From: a virus
Lineage: Duplodnaviria > Caudoviricetes
DNA: 39,757 bases
Direction: 5' to 3' (one strand)
Virus record (IMG/VR): IMGVR_UViG_3300009161_003303
Span: 1-39,757 of that record
Shown here: positions 7,925 through 18,252 of the stretch, piece by piece
Layout of the letters: every line of letters begins with the position of its first letter
Position numbering within the stretch: position 1 is the first letter of the stretch
Notes under the pieces: model-generated
The model's database searches: none
Told to the model about the DNA's origin: nothing
What the model saw: only the letters and a program-made list of their open reading frames with translations
Made by a program: the position numbers and the translations under genes

Positions 7925-8610
7925 ATTTGACTCCAATCTGTTAGAGGGGTTAACCAAGCAGTTTCTCCATGAGTGGAGTAGCCGGGAATAGAACTTATTA
8001 ATAATTCTCCCTGCTCTCTTAAATCTAAGAACATTTTGAAATCTTCTGGATAAGTTCCTTGGGTATATTTTCGAAGGGTTGGTTCTGTTCTTACTAATTT
8101 TTTCACAGTGCTTGCAAAGGTCATCGTAGTTGAGTTTGTTATTTTCCAATGAGTTGATTCTGTTAAATATACTCTAGTATCTTCTGCCCCTCCTTCACAG
8201 TATGGGTTCCCTCCTTGACTTGGTGGTAGATACTTATCCGGATGATCGTATAAAGATACGAACGAAGCTCCTAATTCCAAACCTTCTAGAATAATTCTAT
8301 CTGAGTTTGGTTTATGTAGATAATCATTCTCTAGGAAGTAAACAACCTCCTCATCTGCTAATTGTAATGCTTCATCTAAAGCTAGATTAAAAGTTCCAGC
8401 ACCATGACCAACAGAAACGTACTTTATATTAAGAACATACCTTTCAAGCATCTGCTTAGTTGCCTCTGATACATTATCAGCGATTACTAGCCAGTCATGC
8501 TTCTCTGTTGAGAAAGTATCTAATGCATTTAGTAAACAAGCTTCATTGTTTATATAGTTAGGCTTTACTTTATTATAGCCTGAGTCAGATATCCTATAAA
8601 TTATTTTCAT
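7921..8610 (-). CDS. GT-A fold glycosyltransferase-like protein
   Basis: LVIADN, YFLENDYLH (DxD-like) and PGYSTH motifs; position in the glycan cluster. Confidence 0.65.
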   Translation of the reverse strand: MKIIYRISDSGYNKVKPNYINNEACLLNALDTFSTEKHDWLVIADNVSEATKQMLERYVLNIKYVSVGHGAGTFNLALDEALQLADEEVVYFLENDYLHKPNSDRIILEGLELGASFVSLYDHPDKYLPPSQGGNPYCEGGAEDTRVYLTESTHWKITNSTTMTFASTVKKLVRTEPTLRKYTQGTYPEDFKMFLDLREQGELLISSIPGYSTHGETAWLTPLTDWSQI

Positions 8611-9446
8611 AAGTTAAAATGTTTTAGTATTAGTTTAATCATCTGGTCTGTTTGTTCGTATTGATCTTTATCTGCTTGATGCATCTCATCAAGGAGTTTA
8701 CCTGTTGTCTGATTTGCATGTTCAAGATCATCAAGACCGTAAGCTACTCCAAGTTTAAATACCTTAGCTTCTTCTTTTGTTAAATCTTTATAAGGTACAA
8801 TAACTGATTCACATCCGCATGCAACTGCAATAACACTTAGGTAAGTTTCTAAATCATAGGAATAGAACCTTTTGGATTTGTTAAATATCTGCAGGAGTTC
8901 CTCATCAGAGATTGTGAATGGAATCTCAATTGCATCTGGTGGGTGTATTATATTCAAGTTACTTACCTCGTGATGTTTCTTCCTATAAGTAAAACAAGCC
9001 TCAGTATTCCTCTCCAAGTTTAAATCCTTAAAGTAGTTTAATTTAGTTTCTCGGATAGTTAATATATTCTTATCTCGTAACCCATCATACCATAAGTCAT
9101 CATGGTATAACCAAAAATCACTATCTTCCCAGCTTGCCATATAATTATCATACTCAGGTAAATGGTATCGATTTAAAATATACCTAACAACATTTTTCAC
9201 CCCTGCCGGGTTGCCTGGTTGTATTTCTGGGTAGATCACAATATCATTCTCAGGATTTATTTCAGATAGTATTTGAGATTTATACTCCGGGTTTACTATG
9301 TAGTAAGGACCTTCAGCAAACCTGCCGAAAGGGTAAAGGTAGGCATCGTATCCTAATGTTAATAATATATCGCAGAGTTTATGCAATACCACTACTCCTC
9401 CAATAGAAGGAGAGTAAGATGGGCTAGTTATTACTATTCGTGTCAT
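8607..9446 (-). CDS. GT-B-like glycosyltransferase (WavQ-like)
   Basis: SIGGVVVLHKLC, IVIYPEI..GNP and FYSYD.ETYLS.IA.ACGC motifs. Confidence 0.55.
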   Translation of the reverse strand: MTRIVITSPSYSPSIGGVVVLHKLCDILLTLGYDAYLYPFGRFAEGPYYIVNPEYKSQILSEINPENDIVIYPEIQPGNPAGVKNVVRYILNRYHLPEYDNYMASWEDSDFWLYHDDLWYDGLRDKNILTIRETKLNYFKDLNLERNTEACFTYRKKHHEVSNLNIIHPPDAIEIPFTISDEELLQIFNKSKRFYSYDLETYLSVIAVACGCESVIVPYKDLTKEEAKVFKLGVAYGLDDLEHANQTTGKLLDEMHQADKDQYEQTDQMIKLILKHFNL

Positions 9447-10342
9447 TTTAAAAGTTGTTCTATTCTTATTTTAGCATAATCAAAAACCTTAGCCTTGAAC
9501 AGCTCTCTTTGATCTGGGATTGTTTTAAAAGATAAGAACTTTTTATAATAATTGCCAAATCCTTCTTGTAAAACTCCTGTGGAGTATTCAAAGATTGTTC
9601 TACCTTCTAGTAAATATTGTTGGAAGTCTCCTCCGTGTGCTTTAAAGGTACCGGTTACTAGGAGTGTATACCAGTCCCAGGAACCATACCCCTCCCATTC
9701 ATCCCAGACTGGAACTAATTTTTCATAAAAGGCTTTGTTGTATAAATCAAACCATCCTGCATACTTACTGTATGTGATTGGCTTTAAGCTTAACTCTGAT
9801 GAGCTGTAGGTATCATTATGTATTATATCAAAGCTATCAATTTCGTACCAGGTATCATAAGGAACATCCTTGTATAGCGGATTCACCAAATCATCCCAGC
9901 TTGTATCCCAGAGTTTAGATATTTGTGGAGTTATAACAAAGTACTCGTTAGTTATCTGCCCAGCTGCTTGAATTATTGTACCTAGTAGTGTTTCATTGAA
10001 ATACATATCCGGACAGAAGACTATGTAATGATCAACTTCTTCTGAGATTGCTTCTCTCTGTAGATTCAAATGTCCGTATAGTTTATCCCCCTCATAGGTT
10101 CTTTTTATGTGTGTATAATCTACCAGTAGTTTTGATATCTGATCGTATTTTTCTATAAAGAATGCTTTAGGTAGTTTTGAAGATTCCCAATCTAGTATGT
10201 ATGTAGACAAGTTTAAGACTGTCTCGATCTGAATATTTACCCCTTCTGGCAAATGGTATTTTGATTTTTTTAATTGTGCGAAGGATAGATGTGCATAATC
10301 TATCTCCCAAGGCATTATATGATAAAGTATTTTAATATTCAT
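9443..10342 (-). CDS. Putative GT-A fold glycosyltransferase-like protein
   Basis: IVFCPDMYF and GYGSWD motifs; cluster context. Confidence 0.45.
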   Translation of the reverse strand: MNIKILYHIMPWEIDYAHLSFAQLKKSKYHLPEGVNIQIETVLNLSTYILDWESSKLPKAFFIEKYDQISKLLVDYTHIKRTYEGDKLYGHLNLQREAISEEVDHYIVFCPDMYFNETLLGTIIQAAGQITNEYFVITPQISKLWDTSWDDLVNPLYKDVPYDTWYEIDSFDIIHNDTYSSSELSLKPITYSKYAGWFDLYNKAFYEKLVPVWDEWEGYGSWDWYTLLVTGTFKAHGGDFQQYLLEGRTIFEYSTGVLQEGFGNYYKKFLSFKTIPDQRELFKAKVFDYAKIRIEQLLK

Positions 10343-11102
10343 TCTTTAGTTTAATGTAAGTGTTTTTTATGCCTTGTTCCAATCCTATGTATTTTATTTT
10401 TAGGTCTGTAAACTCTCCGGTATATCCTGGGTGGGTATTTTTATCTTCTAGTAGTATTTCTGTTTTGTAATCTGCTAAGTCGTTAATAAGATTCCCTAAT
10501 TCAAATAAAGTTTTTTTATCTTTATAAACACAATCAAGCTCAGCCGGAGGAGTTTCATTTTCTAAATAATAATCTACAACTGAGATCAGATCCTGCATAT
10601 AGAAAAAATCCATGAGCTTACTGGTGTATACTACCATAGATTCTTTCTGAAGGTATTTTCTTATATTTGATTTAATAAATCTGGTTTCTAGTTCGTTTTC
10701 ATCAAACACAGCAAAGATTCTTAAGTTATAAAAAGTAGCTTGCCCTTTAATAGATTCTCTGATTACCTTCTTACTAAATCCGTAAGGGGTTGTTAATGTA
10801 TCAGCTCCGGATCCAAAATGTAAAAGTTTACCAAACCCTCTTTTATTTGCAAGGAGGTTGTAGTACATTTGTAGATTGCTATCGAGCACTTCAGGGGTAT
10901 CTTGTACTAATCTATGCCCTCCTTCAACTGCACAATGTAGGACTGCATCGAAGTAATTATCCTCAAAAAATTCACTAACCTCAGTACTATCAGTCAAATT
11001 AATATCTTGACGAGTTAATGTAGTTATTGAATGTTTATCTTTTAAATTAGCAGCTAAAGATTTACCTACATACCCATTAGCACCTGTAACTAGAAGCCTC
11101 AT
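10332..11102 (-). CDS. NAD(P)-dependent epimerase/reductase (extended SDR, Fcl/ColC-like N-terminus)
   Basis: TGANGYVG, RQDINLTD..V..FF, HCAVEGG and YGFSK (YxxxK). Confidence 0.85.
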   Translation of the reverse strand: MRLLVTGANGYVGKSLAANLKDKHSITTLTRQDINLTDSTEVSEFFEDNYFDAVLHCAVEGGHRLVQDTPEVLDSNLQMYYNLLANKRGFGKLLHFGSGADTLTTPYGFSKKVIRESIKGQATFYNLRIFAVFDENELETRFIKSNIRKYLQKESMVVYTSKLMDFFYMQDLISVVDYYLENETPPAELDCVYKDKKTLFELGNLINDLADYKTEILLEDKNTHPGYTGEFTDLKIKYIGLEQGIKNTYIKLKNEY

Positions 11103-11104
11103 TT

Positions 11105-12895
11105 TTATCTTTTGATCTGTTTAGACTTTTCACTAATATCTATAAGCATTTCTTTCTTTAATGTATCAAAAGAGACAAGCGGGGACATTTCCTCAATAGG
11201 TGGTGCAAAGATTGAATCATCAGAAGCTACAGCCACGCCTTTAACTTTTGGAATAAAATCCTGTTCCGGATCCATAAATACTTCAATTAAACACGGACCT
11301 GTTGGGTAGTCTATTGTATCTAGATCTTCTAACTTATTTACGCTTAAGTAAGGTAAATCAAATCCATAAGCTAATTTTTTAAAATCAGGAAGTACGATCC
11401 CAGTAGCTTTGTTGACAGCATTATACTTTCCTTTGAATAACATTTTTTGAGTATGTTTGATCATAAGGTACCCATCATTGTTAAATACAAAGATCTTAAC
11501 AGGCAGCTGGTGCTGAACAATGGTCTGTATCTCCTGTAAGTTCATCATGATACCGCCATCACAATTTAAGCAAGTGATAGACTTAGAAGGTTCAGCAAAA
11601 GCTGCTCCAATTGCTAGAGGTAGTCCAACTCCCATCTCACCTAAACCCTGACTTGTAAACATGGTTTGATTCTCTTTTAAGTCACAGGCCTGATGTCCGC
11701 TTAATAACCCTGTCCCCATATCAGTAACTATTATCTCAGTATCTGATAAGGTCTGGGTAAGTTTATTGACGAAACTATAAGAATTAACATACTTGTCGTT
11801 TTTATAATCTTCACTTAGTATTGGATAGTCTTCCCGGTATTTATTGCATCTATCCACCCAGTTGTTAATCTGATTAAGTTTTAGGTTAGAAAGTGTTTCT
11901 ACTAAAGCATCTAAAACCATACCACAGTCATGGTTATATTTTACTGTTCGTGGATGTTTATACAATTCATCTTCATCAATATCAATTACTACAATCTTAG
12001 CATGTCTGGCAAATTGACTGAAATCATAACCTACTTGCGGGAGTGCTAACCTACTTCCGAAAACAATTACTAAATCACTATTCTGAACTATAAAATTAGC
12101 TGCTCTTTGTCCGTACAGGCCAAATCTACCAAAATGACTTTTGTGTTGAGTAGGTAGTAAATCAATACCTGACCAGCTTAGTAAGGTTGGTATTCTGGTA
12201 GCGTTAATAAACTGCTGAAATTTAGCCTTACTTCCGCTCAACTTAACTCCCATACCTCCCAATATCACCGGTCTTTCGGAGTTATTAAGTAGGTTAATGA
12301 TATCATCAGCGTGAGAATAAGCATCGGTAACTCTTATTGATTTTAGGTTTATATGCTTCCAATCTCTTTTCTCTATTTGTTTTGATTGAATATCAAACGG
12401 AATATCTAACCAAGTAGGGCCAGGTCTTCCAGATACGCTTGTATTATAAAGTGTCTCTAATTCATCTTGAATAATTTCTGGATCTAGAACCACATTACTA
12501 TATTTAGTAACATCCTGAACCATTTTATAAGCATGAAAGCCTTGTGTGCCAAACATACGAAAGCCATCGTGTGCTTTTAAATACCCGCTTGATTCTTGAC
12601 CTGAAATAATAAAGCCTGGTATTGAATCAGCCCAGTTGCTAACAACACCTGTTACGGCGTTACTAGCTCCTGCACCTGCTGTTACAATAGCAGCACTTAT
12701 TCTTCCTGATGCTCGATAATAAGCACCCATTGCCATTACAGCAGCTTGTTCATGATGAGTACAGATTATTTTTGTATAACCTAGCTTTTCAATCGAATCA
12801 AAGATGTGGGAATTAGCTGAGCCGATTATCCCGAAGACTGTATCGATTTTTTTCTCTTTGAGGAACTCAGCAATAATATCACTTATTTTTACCAT
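11105..12895 (-). CDS. ThDP-dependent acetolactate-synthase-like enzyme (YerE-like carboligase candidate; start revised to MVKISD at 12895)
   Basis: HHEQAAVMA, GRPGPTWLDIP, GEMGVGLP and CDGG...NNDGY (ThDP/Mg motif). Confidence 0.9.
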   Translation of the reverse strand: MVKISDIIAEFLKEKKIDTVFGIIGSANSHIFDSIEKLGYTKIICTHHEQAAVMAMGAYYRASGRISAAIVTAGAGASNAVTGVVSNWADSIPGFIISGQESSGYLKAHDGFRMFGTQGFHAYKMVQDVTKYSNVVLDPEIIQDELETLYNTSVSGRPGPTWLDIPFDIQSKQIEKRDWKHINLKSIRVTDAYSHADDIINLLNNSERPVILGGMGVKLSGSKAKFQQFINATRIPTLLSWSGIDLLPTQHKSHFGRFGLYGQRAANFIVQNSDLVIVFGSRLALPQVGYDFSQFARHAKIVVIDIDEDELYKHPRTVKYNHDCGMVLDALVETLSNLKLNQINNWVDRCNKYREDYPILSEDYKNDKYVNSYSFVNKLTQTLSDTEIIVTDMGTGLLSGHQACDLKENQTMFTSQGLGEMGVGLPLAIGAAFAEPSKSITCLNCDGGIMMNLQEIQTIVQHQLPVKIFVFNNDGYLMIKHTQKMLFKGKYNAVNKATGIVLPDFKKLAYGFDLPYLSVNKLEDLDTIDYPTGPCLIEVFMDPEQDFIPKVKGVAVASDDSIFAPPIEEMSPLVSFDTLKKEMLIDISEKSKQIKR

Positions 12896-13851
12896 ACAAA
12901 AGTATTCTTGCAATGCTTAACAACACCTACCAATTCTTCATCAAAGCAAGCCTGTGGTTCCCATCCTAACATTCTTAATTTATTATCGTCTAAAGCATAT
13001 CGAACATCTTGACCAGCTCTAGAGTAGGAGAAGTCACAATACTTATGAAGATTTATTTTATTTGGTGTTAGGTTGTTAACATATAGTTCAATAATTTTCT
13101 CTACTGTATCTACATTTGATTGTTCAAAACCTCCGCATATGTTGTAAATTTCATTCTTAACACCTACTTCAATAATTGTGATAATTGCATTAGCAGTATC
13201 TTTTGCATGAAGCCAGTTACGTACCGGTGTACCACTATTATGCAATGGAATCTTTCTGCCTAGCTTTAAATACTTACAAGCCTTAGGTATTAATTTTTCC
13301 ACGTACTGACCGACGCCGTAGTTGTTTGTAGGTCTAACAATCACATAGGGAAGGTTATAAGTTCTACCCCAAGCTAATACTAGCATATCAGCTGCTGCTT
13401 TTGAAGCAGAGTATGGATTAGAAGGTTTCAACAAATCAGTCTCAATATGAGCTCCTGATTCAATATCACCATAAACTTCGTCAGTACTAAAATGCAGTAA
13501 GGTTGGTACTTGCTGTCCTTCTTGACGGTGATTCCTAATTAACTCTAATAGGTTGTGAACTCCGTTTATGTTAGAATGTATAAAATCATCACTGTGCACA
13601 ATACTATTACCAACATGTGTTTCAGCAGCAGTATTGATTATATAATCACAATCGTATAAGAATTCTAAATCGTAAATATCTTTTTGTTCAAATTCGAAAT
13701 TTAAATATTGAGAAAACTCACCTAAGAGTTCTTCATTAGCAGCATAAGTTATTTTATCAATACCTCTTACATACCATCCTTTTCTTAAACATTCTCTTGT
13801 TACATAGGATCCTATAAACCCTAAACATCCTGTTACGTAAACTACTTTCAT
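12889..13851 (-). CDS. rfbB: dTDP-glucose 4,6-dehydratase
   Basis: TGCLGFIG, DKITYA, AAETHV, STDEVYGD, NPYSASKA, NNYG..Q..EKLIP and R.GQD.RY motifs. Confidence 0.9.
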   Translation of the reverse strand: MKVVYVTGCLGFIGSYVTRECLRKGWYVRGIDKITYAANEELLGEFSQYLNFEFEQKDIYDLEFLYDCDYIINTAAETHVGNSIVHSDDFIHSNINGVHNLLELIRNHRQEGQQVPTLLHFSTDEVYGDIESGAHIETDLLKPSNPYSASKAAADMLVLAWGRTYNLPYVIVRPTNNYGVGQYVEKLIPKACKYLKLGRKIPLHNSGTPVRNWLHAKDTANAIITIIEVGVKNEIYNICGGFEQSNVDTVEKIIELYVNNLTPNKINLHKYCDFSYSRAGQDVRYALDDNKLRMLGWEPQACFDEELVGVVKHCKNTFVW

Positions 13852-13873
13852 TTTTATAATATAAGTTTTTTTT

Positions 13874-14692
13874 CTAAGTTAACCAACTTAGATTATTAAT
13901 TTGTTTATTTAAATACCAGTGTATGTTATCTGAGTATTGTTCTTCTCCTATGCAATGTGCTGTATCCATAGTATCTGGCAGCTCTATTAAACGAGGTGCG
14001 TCTAATGCGTGAGCCATTGCTGCTGGTGCTGTTAAGTTACTAATAAATAATCCGCAGGAGTTTATAGCGGTTAACCATTCATCTAATGTTGTAACTTTAT
14101 AAAATGGCATACTATCCTTATAAGGAAAATTCTCATAGTCCTTTGGGTTAGCTGAAATGAAGACAAGCTTACTTTCATACTCTGTTAGTATCTGATCGTA
14201 TATAAAATCAGGGTTAATTCTTGTCGTATATTTTCTATGTACAAAAACAGTATCAGATAAAGTAGGGTCGGTTTGTTTATAATCTAACCAACGGTACTGC
14301 TCCGGAACATTAAAATTAAAAGTATTAGCGTATAGGTCCGACCAGCATTTCCTATATAGGTATGGAGATCTAATATACTCTCCTAAGTCGATATAACCCT
14401 TGTTTTTAATTTCTGGGTTTTTTATTTCAATAGGAGTATTTTCAGCAGGTGTCTGTACCGGGTCAAGGTAGTAATCAGTCAGAATATTTAAACTATTAAT
14501 ATAATCCTGCTGTATTAATATTGGGTATAATTCTTTATATGTATTCTCTATCCCAAACTCCCACCCTATGTCGTAGAGGTACAGGTCTGCTTTAGCATTT
14601 TCTTTCAGACAAATTCCCCTTACTGCATATAATGCATGTATAAAATCTCCTAGCTTACCTCCTGAAAGGAAGTTTAGTGTCTTATTTACCAT
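13874..14692 (-). CDS. GT9-like (heptosyltransferase-fold) glycosyltransferase
   Basis: GKLGDFIHAL at the N-terminus; FISNLTAPAAMAHAL at the C-terminus. Confidence 0.55.
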   Translation of the reverse strand: MVNKTLNFLSGGKLGDFIHALYAVRGICLKENAKADLYLYDIGWEFGIENTYKELYPILIQQDYINSLNILTDYYLDPVQTPAENTPIEIKNPEIKNKGYIDLGEYIRSPYLYRKCWSDLYANTFNFNVPEQYRWLDYKQTDPTLSDTVFVHRKYTTRINPDFIYDQILTEYESKLVFISANPKDYENFPYKDSMPFYKVTTLDEWLTAINSCGLFISNLTAPAAMAHALDAPRLIELPDTMDTAHCIGEEQYSDNIHWYLNKQINNLSWLT

Positions 14693-14933
14693 ACATCTTA
14701 GTCGCTCCTTGCTTGTAGAGCTTCTGAGGTTTTCCTGTAGATACCATCTGGTTTAACTGCTCATCAATCTCCTGTATTAAATCTGTTCTCAGAGAGTTAA
14801 CAACGTTTGTAATCCGGGTTGCATCTGCTATTTGTTTGTCGGTAGCATTTTTATCTCGTTTAATATCTTCTGCCATCCAAATTCTGATGTTTGCTATCGT
14901 TAATTTATCAACTAAATTGCCTATTGTTTCCAT
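14682..14933 (-). CDS. DUF4254-like small helical protein
   Basis: ETIGNLVDKLTI and N..RTDLIQEID patterns. Confidence 0.5.
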   Translation of the reverse strand: METIGNLVDKLTIANIRIWMAEDIKRDKNATDKQIADATRITNVVNSLRTDLIQEIDEQLNQMVSTGKPQKLYKQGATKMYGK

Positions 14934-14936
14934 AGT

Positions 14937-16163
14937 TTATTTTTCTATTATTTCAAATTTAGGACAAGGTACAATGAATTTACCACCTGAGTTTAAGAAA
15001 TCCTGCTCTCTAGAAACAAACTCGCTAATAAAATGCCAAGGCAGTACTAATAAGTAATCAGGTTTAGCTGCTCTCATTTCATCTTCTGAGATGATTGGAA
15101 TGTTTGATCCAATTGTTTTTAATCCAAACTTATAAGGACTGCGTTCGGCAATAGCTGTAATCAAAGTATGATCTAATTCAAAGTACTGAAGTAATGTATT
15201 TCCTTTTGTTGATGCACCGTAACCGTAAACAGTCTTTCCTTTTGCTACTTCTGCTTTAATAAAAGATACTGTCTGCTCTTTTAAAGCATCAATCTGATCT
15301 TGATACTTAGCCCATACCTCCGGAGATTCAATATTAATTTTTTCTTCTAGAGATAATATAGATTTAATTCGGTAATTGCAAACATCCCTTAGTGGTGAAG
15401 TTCCGAACGAAGTAACATCAGCATTATCTTTTTGTACGTAGATACGGAAGCTTCCTCCATTAACATCATTCAATTCACAATCAACAATCTTTAAGCCGTG
15501 ATTAGCGAAAAGGTTCATAACTGTCTTTAGTGAATAGTAATAACGATGCTCATGACAGATATTATCAAATGCAAGCTGTTGGATCATTAAAGGAGTATAA
15601 CTCAACTGCAATACCCAAACTCCGTTATCATCTAAGATCTTTGTAACATCGTTTACAAATGAATTTGGATCAGACAAGTCATAAAACATTGCAATAGTTG
15701 TAATTACTTTTGCTTTCTTATCTCCATACCCGGTTCTTTGATAAGCATCATAAGAGAAGTAATCCTGGATAACTGTTCCGTGTTTAGAAGATTCCTGGTA
15801 GTATGAATCATCGCAAGGATCGATACCTAACTTAACAAACTCATTAGGAATCTGCTTAAGCATTGTACCGTCATTACAGGCAATATCCAACCAAATATCT
15901 CCTTCCTTGTATTTCACCCGAGAAGTAATTTCGTTAACAATGTTTCCTAACTCCTTAGTCATAGTAACATTAATACCGGAACGGTACCAGTACTTACCCC
16001 ACATCGTTTCATTAGGAGCATCTTCAACCAGTCTGACAGCACCTGTGCTTTCTTCTATTTGCAAATCTAGGCTGTATTTATTCCTGCCTTCATAATCTGT
16101 TTCATCTTTGATAAAATCTGAAACGTAGTGTGAGTTTAACTTTAATACTGTATTTGTCTTCAT
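14937..16163 (-). CDS. NDP-hexose C-methyltransferase-like protein
   Basis: YWYRSG, LDIACNDG, FDNICHEH, NGGSFR, GYGASTKG and PDYLLVLPWHF...GGKFIVP motifs. Confidence 0.85.
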   Translation of the reverse strand: MKTNTVLKLNSHYVSDFIKDETDYEGRNKYSLDLQIEESTGAVRLVEDAPNETMWGKYWYRSGINVTMTKELGNIVNEITSRVKYKEGDIWLDIACNDGTMLKQIPNEFVKLGIDPCDDSYYQESSKHGTVIQDYFSYDAYQRTGYGDKKAKVITTIAMFYDLSDPNSFVNDVTKILDDNGVWVLQLSYTPLMIQQLAFDNICHEHRYYYSLKTVMNLFANHGLKIVDCELNDVNGGSFRIYVQKDNADVTSFGTSPLRDVCNYRIKSILSLEEKINIESPEVWAKYQDQIDALKEQTVSFIKAEVAKGKTVYGYGASTKGNTLLQYFELDHTLITAIAERSPYKFGLKTIGSNIPIISEDEMRAAKPDYLLVLPWHFISEFVSREQDFLNSGGKFIVPCPKFEIIEK

Positions 16164-17101
16164 TTGTTTAAATCGTGATTAACCATTCTTGTAATCATTT
16201 CTTCGAATGAGGTTTTAGGGGCCCATCCTAAGTGATTGTTTATTTTACTGTAGTCTCCTTTTATACCCTGAATGTCGTTACTGCGGATAAACTTCGGATT
16301 AATTGTAATATACGAACTGTAATCTGTTATTCCAACTGCTTTGAAAGCAACCTCTAACAAATACCTTAATGAATGAGATTGATTAGTTGCTATAATAAAA
16401 TCCTCAGGAATATCATTCTGCAACATCAACCACATAGCTTCAACGAAGTCAGGAGTATAACCCCAATCTCTTGTAGTATCTAAATTACCTAATTCAATAG
16501 AGTCTATTTCTCCTTTAGCTATTTTAGCTACTCCATTAGTAATCTTCCTAGTAACAAACTCTAAGCCTCTTCTTTCTGATTCATGATTAAAGCTGATCCC
16601 ATTACAAGCAAACAAGCCATAAGACTCTCTGTAGTTTCTAATAATCCATTGAGCATATAACTTTGCTACCCCGTAAGGTGTTTTGGGATGCGGTAAAGTT
16701 TCTTCTGTAATAGTTATGTTACTTAAGTTTCCATAAATTTCACTGCTACTGGCTTGGTAATACTTTATAGCTGGGTTTATATTTTTAATACATTCTAATA
16801 TTCTCAATGCTCCTACTCCGTTAACATTAGCGGTATACTCTGGTGTCATCCAGCTATTTGGAGAAAAAGATACACCACCAAAGTTATAAATCTCATCCGG
16901 ATTGGCTTGAGTAACAGCGTTGTGTAAAGATGCTTGATCGTTAATGTCTGCTTGTAGAATTTTTATTCTAGTATCTAAAGGATACTTTTTAGCTAGATCT
17001 CGAGTAGTACCGTAAACACTATAACCTTTCTCTAAAAGAAAATCGGCCATATGACTACCCACCATCCCCGTAACGCCGGTTATTAAAGCTCTTTTAGTCA
17101 A
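16160..17101 (-). CDS. gmd: GDP-mannose 4,6-dehydratase
   Basis: ALITGVTG, YQASSSEIYG, PYGVAK, NYRESYG, FNHESERRG.EFVTRKI and LGNLD..RDWG motifs. Confidence 0.9.
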   Translation of the reverse strand: MTKRALITGVTGMVGSHMADFLLEKGYSVYGTTRDLAKKYPLDTRIKILQADINDQASLHNAVTQANPDEIYNFGGVSFSPNSWMTPEYTANVNGVGALRILECIKNINPAIKYYQASSSEIYGNLSNITITEETLPHPKTPYGVAKLYAQWIIRNYRESYGLFACNGISFNHESERRGLEFVTRKITNGVAKIAKGEIDSIELGNLDTTRDWGYTPDFVEAMWLMLQNDIPEDFIIATNQSHSLRYLLEVAFKAVGITDYSSYITINPKFIRSNDIQGIKGDYSKINNHLGWAPKTSFEEMITRMVNHDLNK

Positions 17102-17109
17102 GGTAAGAA

Positions 17110-18252
17110 TTATTTATTAAAAAATTCTTTAATCTTACCACAAACGTAATCAACATCCTCAATAGTCATTCCATGATGAGCACCTAATAAAAAGCCATCT
17201 TTCATGATAGTATCTGAATTTGTAAACTCCTGCAGATACTCTCTGTATACTGGATGACGAGTAACGTTGCCGGCGAAAGTAACACGGGTCTGTATATTAT
17301 TATCTTCTAAGAAGCTAAGTAGCTCATAACGTCTTTCTGTCTGTAAGGGAATAGCTAACCAATTAGGCTTAATAGAATCATCGGGTAAAATAATCTCCAC
17401 AACATCTTTAAGATTCTGTAAGTATCTTTCAATGTTTGCTCTTCTGATTCCTTCAAAGTCTTTAAATCTTTCTAATTGAACTAAACCAAAGGCAGCATTC
17501 ATCTCAGATGATTTGAAGTTGTATCCCAATACTCCATATAAAAACTTATGATCATATGGAATACCGTCGACAGTGTGGTTAAACCTATCTGCCATAATCT
17601 CAGAATTGTCTCCCATCCGGCCCCAGTCCCTAAATTGTAAGGATATATCCCGTAACTTCTCATCGTTGAACATTACCATTCCACCAGAACCACCTGCTGT
17701 AATTACATGCGAGGCATAAAAACTAGTAGTAGCAATATCAGTCTCAGAAGTATAAGTAACTGTATCTGCTGAGTCTTCAATAAGAATAATGTCTTCACGT
17801 CCCATAGCAGCTAATCCTTTCTTAATTGCTTTCCAATCTGGCTTATTACCAATCAAATTAGGAATCATAAGTGCTTTTACTTCTTCAGTAATAGCTGCTA
17901 GTATCTCCTCTACATTAGCTACATATGTATTTAAATCCACATCTACAAATACAGGTACTAGACCTAATTGTATAATAGGTGCTAGCGTGGTTGAGAACGT
18001 ACATGCAGGAGTAAGTACCTTAGCTCCCTTAGGTAGCTTCAGACATGCTAGAGCTAATAAGCAAGCTGATGAACCTGAATTAACAAATACCCCGTATTTT
18101 TTACCGAAGTGCTTTGCAATCTTTTCTTCAAACTCAATTGACTTAGGTCCAAAGCCAGCTAACCATCCTGAGCGTAGACATTCTACAACTGCTTGAATTT
18201 CTTCTTCTCCGTAAGATTCAAACTTATTAGGAGCATACCATATTTTTCTCAT
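17110..18252 (-). CDS. DegT/DnrJ-family PLP enzyme, His-type (ColD/RfbH-like 3-dehydratase)
   Basis: VNSGSSA, IEDSAD and SFYASHVITAGG, with His at the Schiff-base Lys position. Confidence 0.85.
   Translation of the reverse strand: MRKIWYAPNKFESYGEEEIQAVVECLRSGWLAGFGPKSIEFEEKIAKHFGKKYGVFVNSGSSACLLALACLKLPKGAKVLTPACTFSTTLAPIIQLGLVPVFVDVDLNTYVANVEEILAAITEEVKALMIPNLIGNKPDWKAIKKGLAAMGREDIILIEDSADTVTYTSETDIATTSFYASHVITAGGSGGMVMFNDEKLRDISLQFRDWGRMGDNSEIMADRFNHTVDGIPYDHKFLYGVLGYNFKSSEMNAAFGLVQLERFKDFEGIRRANIERYLQNLKDVVEIILPDDSIKPNWLAIPLQTERRYELLSFLEDNNIQTRVTFAGNVTRHPVYREYLQEFTNSDTIMKDGFLLGAHHGMTIEDVDYVCGKIKEFFNK

Noticed and set aside
7925-8149. 75 aa N-terminal extension of the GT2 ORF
   Set aside because: Overlaps the upstream gene; the GT2 fold starts at MISVIIP with an ATGA-coupled start at 7924.
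11105-12895. Branched-chain amino acid biosynthesis (ilvB)
   Set aside because: No other ilv genes; embedded among NDP-sugar enzymes.
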